NCBI GenBank assembly: GCA_030141605.1
Contig: JAQGDQ010000079.1
Location: 1-64,000, forward strand
Length of the DNA stretch: 64,000 nt
Reading direction: 5' to 3'
Origin: Tubiluchus corallicola
Lineage: Eukaryota; Animalia; Priapulida
Below, piece by piece: positions 1 through 29,100 of the stretch (its first letter is position 1; the number at the start of each line of letters is the position of its first letter). The translations under genes and the position numbers were made by a program. The notes under the pieces were generated by a model. The model worked only from the letters and a program-made list of their open reading frames with translations. It was not told where the DNA came from and made no database searches.

Positions 1-200
1 TACCCACACCATAATACTCCACCACATCACACCACACTGCACCACACCATAACACCACACCGCACTACAACACCCACACACCACGCCACCCACTCCATAC
101 CACACTACCCACACTACACCCCACACACCCTATCACCCCACCACACCATCCATAGCACAACACACAAAGCACACCACCACCACACCACATCAAATCCACC
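1..200. repeat. Low-complexity (CACAC/CACCA)n repeat
   Basis: Degenerate C/A-rich pentamer repeats from the window start. Confidence 0.85.
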
Positions 201-599
201 ACCTCACGTGGTGATCATGATGTTGATGATGATGGTGGCAACGATGACAACACCTATAGCACAAGCACCAACAGCACAGCATTACAACAAAACCATTCCA
301 AACATTTTTCACAAAGTTGAAACTATGTGCTATAATATAATAAATAGCAAAGGCCCTGCAAAAGATTTTGCGTATAAATACACGTGTAATCAATAATACG
401 CGAACATCCTACCTAGTCCACATTTATAACACAAAGCCCGTAACATCGTGCCTACTGTTTGTTTAACTAACGCAAAGCCTGTAGCTTTTTGCTGAATTAA
501 AGTTATAAGCAGCGTAGAGTACAATGGATGACGTCACAACAATGCCTTTGCGTCAGCAGTTTTCTAAGTGAAAATTGCCGAAAATAGAACTCCTAACTA

Positions 600-1110
600 A
601 CTCGTTGATACTCCTCTCGGTGGACCTGCCCTAAAATATATCCCACATCATCGTGTAGCCCCGTTCTTCCTCTTTCTGATGAGCTATATATCTCCTTCCC
701 AGAGTCGCACCGGGCGCCGCTAGAACGTTTTTCCCGCATGCTGTTTGGTCAAAATTTCGAAAAAATCGCGAGTTGGGTCCGGGAAAACGCCCGTTGCGGG
801 GCGCCCTGGCCCTCTCGGGAATTCTAAATATGCCTACTACACCCACCGCTGAACGGGCTATCTATCCATACCCAGCACCCCCCTCGGCCCGTTCCCGTTC
901 TCTACATCTCAGCCGTATAACTTTTACAAAAAACGGCCGAAAAAGGGCCATTTTTGGAGGTTTTTCGCCTCCCGTTCCTCCCGGTGGGCCCGATTCGAAA
1001 AATAAACCATCAATGGCACGACACTAGATCGAGACCTTTCGTTTGATGTATAGATCGCCCCAAATGGTGCCCTCGTCGGAGCTGTAGCCTCGAATCTTAT
1101 ATATATATAA
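600..1110. repeat. GC/CpG-rich island, probably a non-autonomous interspersed repeat (Helitron/Helentron-like)
   Basis: Abrupt rise in GC and CpG content in an AT-rich background, ending in a (TA)n tract, with no credible ORF. Family assignment is inference only. Confidence 0.35.
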
Positions 1111-1152
1111 ATATATATACCAAGAATATTAATATAAGAGTATAGATAGTAG

Positions 1153-1440
1153 ATTATTCTTAATAGCATTCACATTTCTTGATTTTTTGTTTTCCTTAAT
1201 CTTGTAAATTTGCAAACATTACACGGTTAATATGATAATATTTTAATTAATAAGTAAATTATTCTTAATAGCATTTACATTTCTTGATTTTTTTTTGTTT
1301 TCCATAATCTTGCAAATTTGCAAACTTGCAATATATATATATACATATATATATTCTTTTGTTGCGTTGAGAGGAATGTACTATATATATAAATTTACAA
1401 TTCTTGAGTTTTTTGTTTTCCTTAATCTTGCAAAATTGTT
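1153..1440. repeat. Degenerate tandem repeat, ~105-120 bp spacing, two near-complete copies plus one partial copy
   Basis: ATTATTCTTAATAGCATT(C/T)ACATTTCTTGATTTTTT..GTTTTCC(T/A)TAATCTTG(T/C)AAATTTGCAAAC at ~1153 and ~1258, partial at ~1393. Confidence 0.75.
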
Positions 1441-3370
1441 TATATATATTGATAATTGCAAATGTGATTGTAATTGTAATTGTAATTTTGATTAGGTAAT
1501 ATATGTTATATTAATTAAAAAGTTTGCTCAAATCTGTAATGACCATGAAAGAATTTCAAAAACTTGCACTGCTCGTAAAAACATTTTTCGAGACCACAAC
1601 CATGAAAAAAAGACAACCCTCATCTCGAAAAATCTTTTCACAGTTAGCGCGAGTTTGAAGAGACGTTTAAAAACTAATGTGAATTCTTCCAAAGTTCTTT
1701 CACAGTACCACACAGTATAAGAAAATCCTTCAGAAAGGCTGGCATTACCAAGTCAACCAGGCACGTTGTCCTGCTCCAAAATTAATAGAAATGTCTGCTA
1801 CACTAGCTTCAACATTAAATTACATCTGTATGCAATTGGCACAAACTCATTACTGCAATGCTTTCTCGCATTTGCTGTGTTGTACAAGTCTTGAAAAGAA
1901 TAGAAGCATTACCTAGTTGTAAAGATAGTGATGTGGATAAATCTAACGCGTAAACTTACTTACGCGTTGATGTGCTGGGCAGGAAAAGGCCAAATAACAA
2001 TCAGAAATTTCTTGTACAGTGAAATTCAAACAGTATTAAATTATGTATTAACAGAATAAATCTGCTTGTGCATACTAAGGTGCATACTTTTTACTAACTG
2101 TATTGCTTTTAAGACATGGTAGAGATTTAACATTGTGTTGTTGTTTCTTTTTTCTCATGGATGTTGTTGTTATTGTTGTTAAAAATTGCAAATGTGGTAG
2201 TATTTGTATGTACACTTTTTTCGAATAAAGATTATGTATACATATTGTAAGAAAAGTTTTTTTAGAAAAGTTCTTTCCACGTGAATATAATGCTTATAGT
2301 CCTATGAACAGTTGTTTATAATTTGTATTAGTCAAACTATTTTTTCTACATTTAATACATTTTTCTGTATTTATTTTTAGTATACACAGAAACTAACTGA
2401 TAGGGAACCAAAGAATGAACACACAACTGACTTTAATTTTTGATTGTAATCAAAATACAGTCAAAATCAATTTTTCATTCGTTTACTACTGTCTTCAACC
2501 AATGCAGCGCAGAATAGAAGGCTGCTTTTGAAGCAATATAGAATGGACAGAATGGTCAATATGGTACATTACAGTTTTCGTCATTTTAGACAAAGCTGAA
2601 TCACACAGACCTAAATCAATATATTAAAAGTGATTTGCGTGAAAGTATAAAAGCTTATCAAACATATATGCCTTGATTATAGAGGAGACTTGGGCATGCA
2701 GAAATAGAAGATCTACTATTTTGTTAGTCATTGTTACAAAATTTATGTAAATCAATAAATAAAAAAATAATATAAGTCTTTTTCAAAGACTAGTTAATAA
2801 TGCTACCAGACTGGTAAAAAGTGCCAATATTGCACCATACAAAGCCCAACAAGTGGATATAAGAGGAAAATTGGAATAATGACATTAAAATTATAATATT
2901 GACGTCAATATGACGTCGTAATGCAGAAGTCCAGGATAATTTTATCATATTTGTCATATTTCTACTGACTGTTTCTTTTAGAACAATCTGTATAAACGTG
3001 GCTGAATAATTAAAGATGCAACAAATTATTTCATGACACTTAAAAATATCAACAAAAGTGCTATAATGTAACATATTCGTTAGACCTATCAATTATATTT
3101 ATTATAAGTTTTTAACATAAAATAATATTTCTTATAAAAACGTGATTATAATAAGTCTAGTATCTTTAAAAACATAAAACGTATACAGTCGCGTAATATA
3201 AATTATCATAATCATAACTTTTATATATACAGAAAGCATCACTTTGTACAACATATTTTGCTATACACACAGTTTTAATAATTAACTATACAATATACAT
3301 ATATATATAACACAAAATTCTGTACAGCAGATATTTAATTCCACATGGTAATTGCATATCATAATGCCGT

Positions 3371-19105
<15,735 letters not shown>

Positions 19106-22100
19106 GTCTTGACCACCAACCTTCTGAGAGTTCTAACTTCGCTTCTGCATTTTTAATAAAATTTTTGATGTAACCATCGCGTATTAAATAGGGTGAAGAG
19201 TTGAAATGATAAATTGATATCACTTCATAAGACAACTGTACTATTCCCTGAAGTACAAAGACTTCACAATAAGCCCAGGATTATCTTTGTCGGTGTACAA
19301 GTCACTGACAATAAACACATTAACAGATCCTGTTGGGCACACGATCAACCCTAAATCTGTGCGGATATGTATGTAGTTTGTTGATTTCAGTTTTCAGCGC
19401 TTGACCATTGAAAGCACACCCAGAACTCCAGAGGAGTCACGGCGGTCCTAACATCATCACCAGCCTAACTAGAAACTCTGCCCATTTTCTGTATATTTGC
19501 AGGGCTGAGGAAAGATATCATTTACTGTGGGCGTGGTCTGAAGATCCTCGGCTTGTGTTGGTATTAAGATGGGTTTATGTCTTCATCATCAGGCTGCGAT
19601 CGCTGCATGTTTTTACAAGCGTCATACTCATGTATAAGCGGCTTACATTGTCCTAATGCTGATGTAAAAAACGTACTGACTTTCCCTTATTGCCGTATAA
19701 CTATATTCATATAGAGATAACTTTTTTGTACACTAGAAGTCTTGAGAAGTCTTGCGATTATAGGCCTAAGTAGACAGGAGTGCACTACAAAACGCTATAA
19801 TTTCCTAAGAATATATATATAGCAAAGAAACATTGTTTTGTAACAAACTAGAGATAATACTACGAACAATTGGTACAATTGGTGTAAAAAGTATATTAAT
19901 TTTATTTTTTAGTTCGTGATGGACATTATCGTGTAGAACAATAAGTGACACGATATACAGAGGACAATGTAAGCAAATTTGAGCGACAAACTCCAGTCAA
20001 GAAGCTGCTAACTTGCAGAAATTAAGATAACTGTCAACAGCAATACATATAAAAAGATCGCCTTAATTATTAATGTCCTTCGTTTGTGATTTTTAACCAT
20101 AATTTACGTAATATATTAAGATAATTTAATGGTATAAATAGTTATAAAAACAATTTAAACATTTAGATATGTTGAGTATCTGAACCAAGCTATAACAATT
20201 CTATGTGTATGTCGTAATCAGAATTTTATGCTAGTTTGTTTATATGATGCTTTATATGACGCTTTGTATTTAATTTATTTCTTTTGGGTTAAATTGTGTT
20301 TATATGTAATCTAATTTTATTATGGTAGCCAGCAGCTAACATATTTATACGTAAACACAGACTTTAACAAACCAACTTGTATGAGACGCAGGGGATTTTT
20401 TTTAAAGCAAAACTGTTTCATTTTGTTTCTTGCTTGATATGTTTACGACTTTATGTCAGTCCTGTGACAAGACACTGTAAACCAAAACTCGATTATTCTG
20501 TCGTTTTGTATCGCTTTTTACAACTCGACTTTTTCTCACGCGTATTAGCTGTACTCAAGACGAAATTTCATTTCTGGTCCTTGTTTTCATCAGTCAAACG
20601 GTGCAACCCTACAACTGCGTTCTACTCGTAAAACTTGATGAGCAAATAATTCCCAATGACAAGAATAGACACAATTAATAAAAAGCCAATTGCCATTTTA
20701 TTAACTGAAAAGCAAAACGTTGCAGCCGGGAAATTTGCCAGGTATACATAAATTGGTAATTGTCTAAAGCTATCTCATCATGCAATTGTATGATCAAATC
20801 ACACATGCTAATCAAATTTTTTAGCAACTTGGTTCATATTTTTATATGAGCATAGCCATACATGACAATCATGGTATATAATATACTCATACATTTATAA
20901 GAGTGTAATATTCATGCGTAACAGTTATAGTACATAATATATAAATAAAATATTGGGTTTATTTCAAGAACTAAGATATAGTTTTAATCTTATTAAGTTT
21001 TTATGCATCATTGTAATGTAAGAGTTAAATGAGCTGACAGGCAGTAATTTAAAACAAAAAAACCATTGAGAATTACAGGCTAGTGATAAACTAAAAAAAT
21101 AAAAATTTGATTCTTAAACGCCATTCTAAAAGCAAAAAAATGTACATTTAAAGTCACGCAAAAAATCAGTTATTTAAAGTGTTATTAGGCCAATTTTTCA
21201 TAAAATGGTTATAATAATTAGACTGCTAATATAACATCAGTTCGTGGAAAAACTTAACCAGCATGAAACATCAACAATATTAGGCTTAAAAATGTTGAAT
21301 GTTTTTACAAAATTAAATTGCAAAACATAGGTTGTATGTACATTGCTATTAACAATATTTTTGATAGAAGACATTAAAATGTTATAGTTATGTCAATAAT
21401 GCAAAGAGTATGTACATCTGAACTGATACGTAGCACCCGCGGTATATCCCCCTATTCGCTACACAAACCCTGACAGCGAAGCTAAACAAACATTTCAGGA
21501 AACCAGAGACGCAATATAGTCACCTTGTAGTAACAAATTCGTTGCGAGAAAGCATTAACAGCTGGGCCAGAGAAATATTTATAAACCATACTAATTTCTA
21601 CCGTGTTTATAAGCATGCCGAGAAACTAAGCAAGAAAAATTGTGTTGCCCACTTAGTATAACATAATTTGAATACAGTATTCTAACGATTAAACCCTTAT
21701 CTGCTGAAGATACGCGTACGTGTCATTAAAAAAAGTATTTTTTATATGCGAAATGATCTTCCAGTGCCGGGTAATATTTAAAATAGCTTTCATAAAAACA
21801 TTCAAATACTCTCTAAAACAAGTAGTTGACTAGCTTCACGCGGCAGTATTATAATAGGTTTTATAAATCGCGTTATAATTGCCATTATTTACGTTATGAT
21901 AAAATAACTCCAGTTATAATGTGACAATTTTCGTTTGTCCTAAAATTGAAAATATTCGGCTGTAATCACCTGCATTTATTGAACAATTGTATTCCTTTAT
22001 TTTGCAATATCTTTATATACTCTAAGTCGCTAACCTAAGTAGTAAGTACCCGATGCAGAAAACATAAGGCATAACGTAATTCCCCGACAAAAACAAAATT

Positions 22101-25100
22101 TCTGTAATGATTTTGTCAAATTGGAAATAAAAAGATTAATTAAGAAACTTGCGAAATAATTTTATGCCAATATTATGGGTGCGGTATTGGTTAGTGGCTA
22201 TTGGAAATATTTTATTTGGTTGAGACACAGCAAAACGGTATAAGCTAGTAATGTTACATTATTTATTACGCTGCAAGTTGTAACAGTGAGTAACGTCGCA
22301 GTAAATTAAAATGTTAGTGAATTAAATTTATCGAAATGACGTTTAGGACTGAGGAATGTACACAAACCAGCTCTAAATCACGGTTAGAAATCACCCGAGG
22401 AATTTAGCATAACGTTTCATAATAAAATCATTCGTGTGTCATTTTGTGAACTAGATCACCAAATCATGGCTGTAAGGCAACTTGGTTAAATTTGACGCAT
22501 GAAAAGTACAGGCTTTAAAGTCATGAGTGACTGCGAACTGCATCGCAAAAATAAGCAACACACAGTTATGCATGTCCTTATACAATTTATATCGTGTTCG
22601 CTGTTGTGCGATCCTTTTTTCCTTTGGTCGTTCGTTCGTTCACCAATCATTCACACATTTACTATTTTTTCACTCCATCACTCCATCTGATCATTATTCA
22701 TCAGTCCATCAAAAAATATTATATTAATTTAATGCTCTGTTTTTTTCTAACTTTAGTTTGAATCTATGATTTGGCTCATTACATGTCAAGACAACGGATT
22801 ACGTGTAGCAATAGATTCTAATAAGTACTTACCAATGTGTTTCAATGGCTTTGATACAACGTTGAATCATAGACCGACAGGTGAAATTTTTGAAGAGCTT
22901 GAGTGACGACATTACAGCAACACCTGACAGTGGAATTTAACACTAACAGTTTGTACAAAGACCAATCTTTATACTTTCCATTTACACTCGCATATATCGC
23001 CAATAACACTGTAATAGCATATATACGGAATTTCGAATGCGAAGAATAATTTTATTAATAATAATTTTCAAGTAATAATAATATATAATGTTGCAATATG
23101 GTAATATTATAATACAATGTGTAATATTATACTACAGTAGTAATGTAAAGATGATGTTTATATAAATACTTTTTGATGCTGATCTTAATTTCCTTCAAAC
23201 AAAGCTTTACTGGATGTTTTAAATATATTGAACTTAACCTTTTGAAATACATTTTTAAATTATGTATATATGATTTACGTACAATAATGCGTATGTCGCT
23301 GTCACTGTGACACACCAACTTTGCCGCGAAAAAAGTCGCGCAATACAGGTCATGTCACAGATTATTTAGCAACAATTGTGCGTTATTTTGTCTTGGCTCA
23401 AAGGTTCCTCTACAGAAGAAAAAGTTAAATTATTTTACGTGTTAGAAATATATAGTGAAGTTGTGTTTGATACTGTAAGTAAACTCTGTGGACTATTGTA
23501 AAGTCTATGGATTAAATCTGTGTTACCTACCGTAGACAAAGAAATGTTGCTGAAAATTAATCAAAAACTACTACTATGTCTAGTACTACTACACGTTGAT
23601 CCAACATCTCTTCATATATATAACTGATTTTACAAGATTAAGGAAAGCAAAAAATCCGAGAAATGAAAATGTTATAAAGAATAATTTATTTATTAATTAA
23701 CAATTATTGTGTTAACCTTGTAACGCACTTTTGACAGATAATTAAAAAAATTTGTAGGATCCGTTACTCCGTCTTAATTCAGCCGCAGTTGATGGTGCAG
23801 CAGACGATGTTAAAAAACAAATATCGTATAAAGAGTGGATATCTAAATAAACGCAAAGGTTTTGATTTTTAAACACAATTTTTTTACTTATTTGTGCGGC
23901 TAAGTATTTGTGTGTCCTAGTAACGACCCATCCTACTGACAAGTACAAATTTACATGCTCTTTACGGCACCACAAACACCCAGTTTGATGTCCTCTCGGT
24001 GTGTTTTCACAGAAGTTTTATGGCCCTCCTGCCTCTGCAAGGGGTTTCCATACAAATTTCATGACTAAATGCAAAGCTATCGAGTGCAGTAACTCCATCA
24101 AAGAATCCTTGATGATGCAAACCGATATTTTCTGAAGCATTATGGGTACTTACTGCGGCTTACGAGTTATACGCCCATACAGAACACCCACGAACTTTGG
24201 CAACAAAGTGCGCTTGCGAAAGGGTTAAAACCGACGTGGGTCATCTGGATTATTTATAACAACTGTCATAATGATTTATTAGCAGTCTCAAACAGTAGTG
24301 ACGATAATAAGACTAATTTCTCAAGACGGGTTTGTTTCCCAGGGTTTGAAGCGAGTTGAATAAAAATGCCCAGTCAGTCTTAAACAAATTATGCTTTGTT
24401 TATCTGGTAAAGCTTATATAATTCTCAAAGTAAAGTTTTTACAAATAAATTGAACGGAACTGTAGGGCTAGGTGCTATCACAAACGAATTTAAGGATATC
24501 GGATAAATAACATCAGATATCGCTGCTGTACAAAATTTTATACGAATAAAACATTAAAGAAGATTAATAATAATAATTACGACTAATGAATAGAAATGTT
24601 AGTGATTGTTCACAACTACCGCACACCAAGATAAACAAGCACAGTTGTCACAATACACATGTCTTTAACAATCGTTTGAACGCCTTTGTTTTTTTACCGG
24701 GATTATGTTTGGATAAATGGATTATGGCGAGGCTTTTGCAGGGTAAATGAAACATAAATTAGTTACTGAATATAATAACGTCTTAGTCCTCTCTTTTCTT
24801 CAAATAGCTACAAAGCCTCTTACGCGAAATCGTGTTTAGACGGTAGTTGGTGTATACATTGGTAGCAACAGACGTGATGACAGTGAAACCTTGCAGACTA
24901 TCGTGTTGTTTATGCATACTATACACAACGCGCTGATTTGCAAAGTCAGCCAGCATCATTAATCACGATTATTAAGCAGTGGTACCTGAGCTTGTGGAAA
25001 GGTGTGACACACAGCAAGGAGGTAAATATTGGAGGCGACGGTTAAAAGATGTGAAAATCATGTCTAGTAGGTGGTTACCAGAAATTAAACAGTTTCTTTG

Positions 25101-25252
25101 TCAAGTATTATGAGGTAATGACTGATGTGCGGAAGTTTGTAGAAGTAAGCGAAAATTACGAAACATTGAGTGAAGAAAGGCGGTTGAGAAGGAAAAACAA
25201 CAAAAACAACAAGCTGTGCAGAACTGAAGGAGGAATGGAGCGACAGAGGGGG

Positions 25253-25261
25253 AAGAGAGAC

Positions 25262-25340
<79 letters not shown>

Positions 25341-25383
25341 CAGGAGGGAGGGAGAGAAAGAGAGAGGGAGGGAGAGAGAGAGA
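25253..25383. repeat. (GA)n microsatellite / polypurine tract
   Basis: Direct inspection. Confidence 0.97.
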
Positions 25384-26048
25384 AGTTGAAGCTAGAAATT
25401 TGGGCAGCAAATATCTTTGTTCAGCGTAACTACGTGTAATGATCATATGTAGCAAAAGCAATATACCATCACTACTGAAGGTTCTCTACGGTAACATGTC
25501 TGTAATACATGTGAAGACTGGGAGCGCTGATCATTGGAGACAGATTTAGTCAGCTTTTATTGAATAACATGCTAATTGCGGTCTCCTTGTGATCTGTAGA
25601 AAAGCCCTCTTCCCCGGCACATGCAGGAACAGCAGGAGAAGGGATGGGACGTCATGACTATGTCCAGGCACTCTAGAAGAAAAAGTTGACCGACACAAAA
25701 CAGAAGCCAACCCCAAGCTACGGTATTACCAAAGACAATCGTTAAGCAAACTCACTTCGTTTCTGTTCAGCAAAATGCATTTAACAGTAAAATTAGACAT
25801 TTGGGAGAATTGGGCAATTTCGGCTACCAACACAAGCCTACTGGAAAACGATTGATTGAATGAATGAATAAATAAACGAACGAACGGACGAATAAGTGAG
25901 TGAGTGAGTGAGTAATTGAAAGAAAGAATCGAAAGAAAAAACTGGTCGATACACACCAAATTAATAAAAATACTTAAAAAGGTTTAAAATAAAAAAAGAT
26001 GCTCAAACAAGTAACTAAACAAGTATGAGAGTAAGTAAATGAGCAATA

Positions 26049-26142
26049 AATGTGAAAATAGATACGTGATTAAACAATTACAAATGCATATATATATATA
26101 TATGCATTTGTAATTGTTTAATCACGTATCTATTTTCACATT
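26049..26142. repeat. Perfect 94-bp palindrome centred on (AT)8
   Basis: AATGTGAAAATAGATACGTGATTAAACAATTACAAATGC-(AT)8-GCATTTGTAATTGTTTAATCACGTATCTATTTTCACATT. Confidence 0.95.
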
Positions 26143-29100
26143 AAGTATATATATATACTTAAATAAAGTAAATTTGAAGTTGTTTTCATTAAATAATAAA
26201 TATAATCAAATGAAAAGAAAACACTTTGATAAGCAGACTATGTAATAGTGCCATTTATTATTTTTATCTGCTGCGGGAAAAAAGAGACGTATACATGTCC
26301 GATAAAAGAAAACAAATTGGAGTTAAATAAACTGCAGCTCTTTTACCAGACTTTCTAAAGTAAACAAGAACAGCTGCAGCCTGTAAGATGCGCTTGATCA
26401 TCTCAGACTACTTGATCAGTTTTACGTTAAATCATTGAGAAAGTGACTTCATGAAGAAAAATAATTGTCAAACGTATCCCAACACGACAATCCTTTTTAA
26501 CGCAGAAACAATGAATTAATGAAAGTTTAAATGAATAAATAGGAGGTCAAATGAATGAAGATTGTAAATTGGAGTGCACATTAAGAAACAAGCAGAAAAT
26601 ACTGACTGTTGGGTGAAAAAGAAGGGTAAGGAGAGAAGACAGAAAGTGGAAAGACGCAGCTATAAACTAGATAGACACGACAAAGAAGACACGACTGAAG
26701 GAAAAGACAAAAAAAGAGAAAGAAATAATGACATGAAATCTACATCAATACTGACCACACAAGCAGACCCTATGGCTGGGATCATTATCTCGGGCTACTT
26801 GGCCATTCAGGTATGCGACTAGTTTGCTAGCGATAAAACAATATCGATAAACAAACAAACGATAAAAAGCTGAAAAACAATAAAGTTGTAGTCCAATGCT
26901 GTCGAAATGTTGTTCATACAAACCCATTTCATTTATTTGGTTAATATTTGCAAACATTGCCTCGCAACCATATTACTACATTATCAATAATTGTAAATTA
27001 ATACCACAATTGTTTTGAAGTGCCTTGGAGCGTGGCAGTTAATACATTTAGTACTAAAAACTAGCCGCAGATTTAATTAGTTCTTCACGTCCCATTCGAA
27101 AATTGCACGGGTCATCGCAGCATTTCGATCACCTTTACTCACACATTACAAATAATGTATACACAATGCATTAGTACTAAGTAAATAAATTAAATTAAAT
27201 TAATTCTGAAGCGCGCATGCATCGGTAATGATAAAATATGGCGTAAAGCCTTCTGTATTCCACATACAACTGACAGAACATACTCATTACAGGGTCAGTT
27301 AAGTTTAATGTTACAGCATCGTAAAATGAAAAACAAAATATTGAACAACTTAAGCAGTACTCTTTTGTTTTTGACTGTTTTAAAGAAACATATTAAAGAA
27401 TTAACTGATTTAATAAAGTCACCACTTTTTGCATCAGGAGTTTGATCTAAATTAACAGACAATTGATGCTTTAAGTGTGTGACTTCATTTGAGAGCGATT
27501 TCTCTAATATTTAATTACAGATTGTCTCAACATTATGCATTTCAGATATATAATTACTTTTCACAACAGGTTTTAAACATTTTTTCATGGGATTTCAATA
27601 TGAATAATAACAATATGACATCATCTGCATACCAGAGTGCCTCTATGAATTCATTCAATAAGTGACAGCTATAACTGTTCTTTAAAGCAATTAAGAGATC
27701 ATTGATCTACGCTGCAAATAAAGCACTTGTGTATTCCATTCGAGGCAGTAAAATTAAATGTCTTATTATTATTCCACTGTAGATAAATGTCTTGGTTCAA
27801 ACAAACACTTAGCATTAGGATAACTCAGATTTAGGAAGCAAGTGCTTTGTTACTAATTGTTGTTTCAAAATAAGATTGTTTTTGTTGTATTTATTTCAAA
27901 ATAAGATTGGCATGTTAACTCAATCAAAAGCTTTTGAGGCACAGTAAACGCAATCAACGTACAAAAACAGGTGTGTCATTCTTTAAATACCAATTTACGG
28001 TGTTTTCAAAAAAACTAGCATGCACAGATCAGTCGATGAATTCTTTTTTCCATACGAATGGTCGGTCAGAAACGTCAATAGCCACGTCATCAGTTTATCT
28101 TGGAACTTGATTAGGATTAGCTAAAATTTTCTAAAACCTTTAGAATACAAAAAATTAAAGAAATGCCTCTATGATTGGATTTTGCGTTTTGATTGGCATT
28201 GGAGTCCTTAACATAGGGTTTATAACACTAGTAATCAACGTGTGTGGATAGTGACTAGTGAGCCATCATATATCACGAATTAAAAAAATTCGAGAGCTAA
28301 AGCATGAGCACAGCATTAAACTTGAAATTTGAATTTTAAACTTAAAATTTGCCGAGTTGTTGCATACTCGCTCATGGATGTTTGTGCTGTTGAAAATTAT
28401 GTTCAGTTGTTTCAGTTATAATGTTATCACTAGTTGGACTCGCCCGTCGTTAATTAAGTTTTTAATTTATTATTTAATTATCAGAAACACTTTAACAATA
28501 TTATAGGTGTCAAAATGTATACTTTTATCATATTTCAAAATGGGGTAGGATATGAAAAATAATCCAGTTTTCCTTTAATCATACGATCACCTTCTAGTCC
28601 AAGAAATTCACCAGATTTACCGTAATATTCCGTACGCGTTTTATGCCTGATGTCAGCCAGCAAGGATCATATGTAGTGGCTTGCTATAACTGGTGCCAGA
28701 ACTGGGTCTTCTCTCTGAGTGGCTTTACCAGTCATGCCTCTCTGCGATACTGTGCCAACTGGCTTATTCTCAATTTGTGTTTCTAGTGATTCGCAAGCTA
28801 CCCTTGCTTGCCTTAAAAGCATAAATAATACAGTATTCATTCACACACATGCATGCACTCATGCACACACCTCACACCCACGCATACGCACGCATGCATA
28901 CGCGCGCACACACACTACATGTAGTGTCAAAGGTTGTAATCTTAGGCCTATGTAATTTTGTGACAGCATGAAATTTTTAATGTTGTCACACATAAAAAAG
29001 ACTAGCTAAACAACAGTTGCACCACTCGTGGACAAAAAAAGCAAATCACTGCTGCATACACAAGTTGCAGTGCACTTCATCTCTGAAGTTACCAACAAAT

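Noticed and set aside
631-1169. Three overlapping ORFs in the GC-rich block
   Set aside because: Expected from high GC content; no recognisable protein motifs.
2896-2917. 16-bp palindrome containing the CRE TGACGTCA plus a second TGACGTC
   Set aside because: Short, downstream of the Tbx1 stop, and with no independent support for function.
21689-24228. piggyBac-like ends (TTAAACCCTT ... AAGGGTTAA)
   Set aside because: Only a few bases are complementary, the left end is imperfect and there is no transposase trace; the ends cannot be paired.
25118-25461. RE-repeat and SL-repeat ORFs
   Set aside because: Artefacts of the (GA)n microsatellite.
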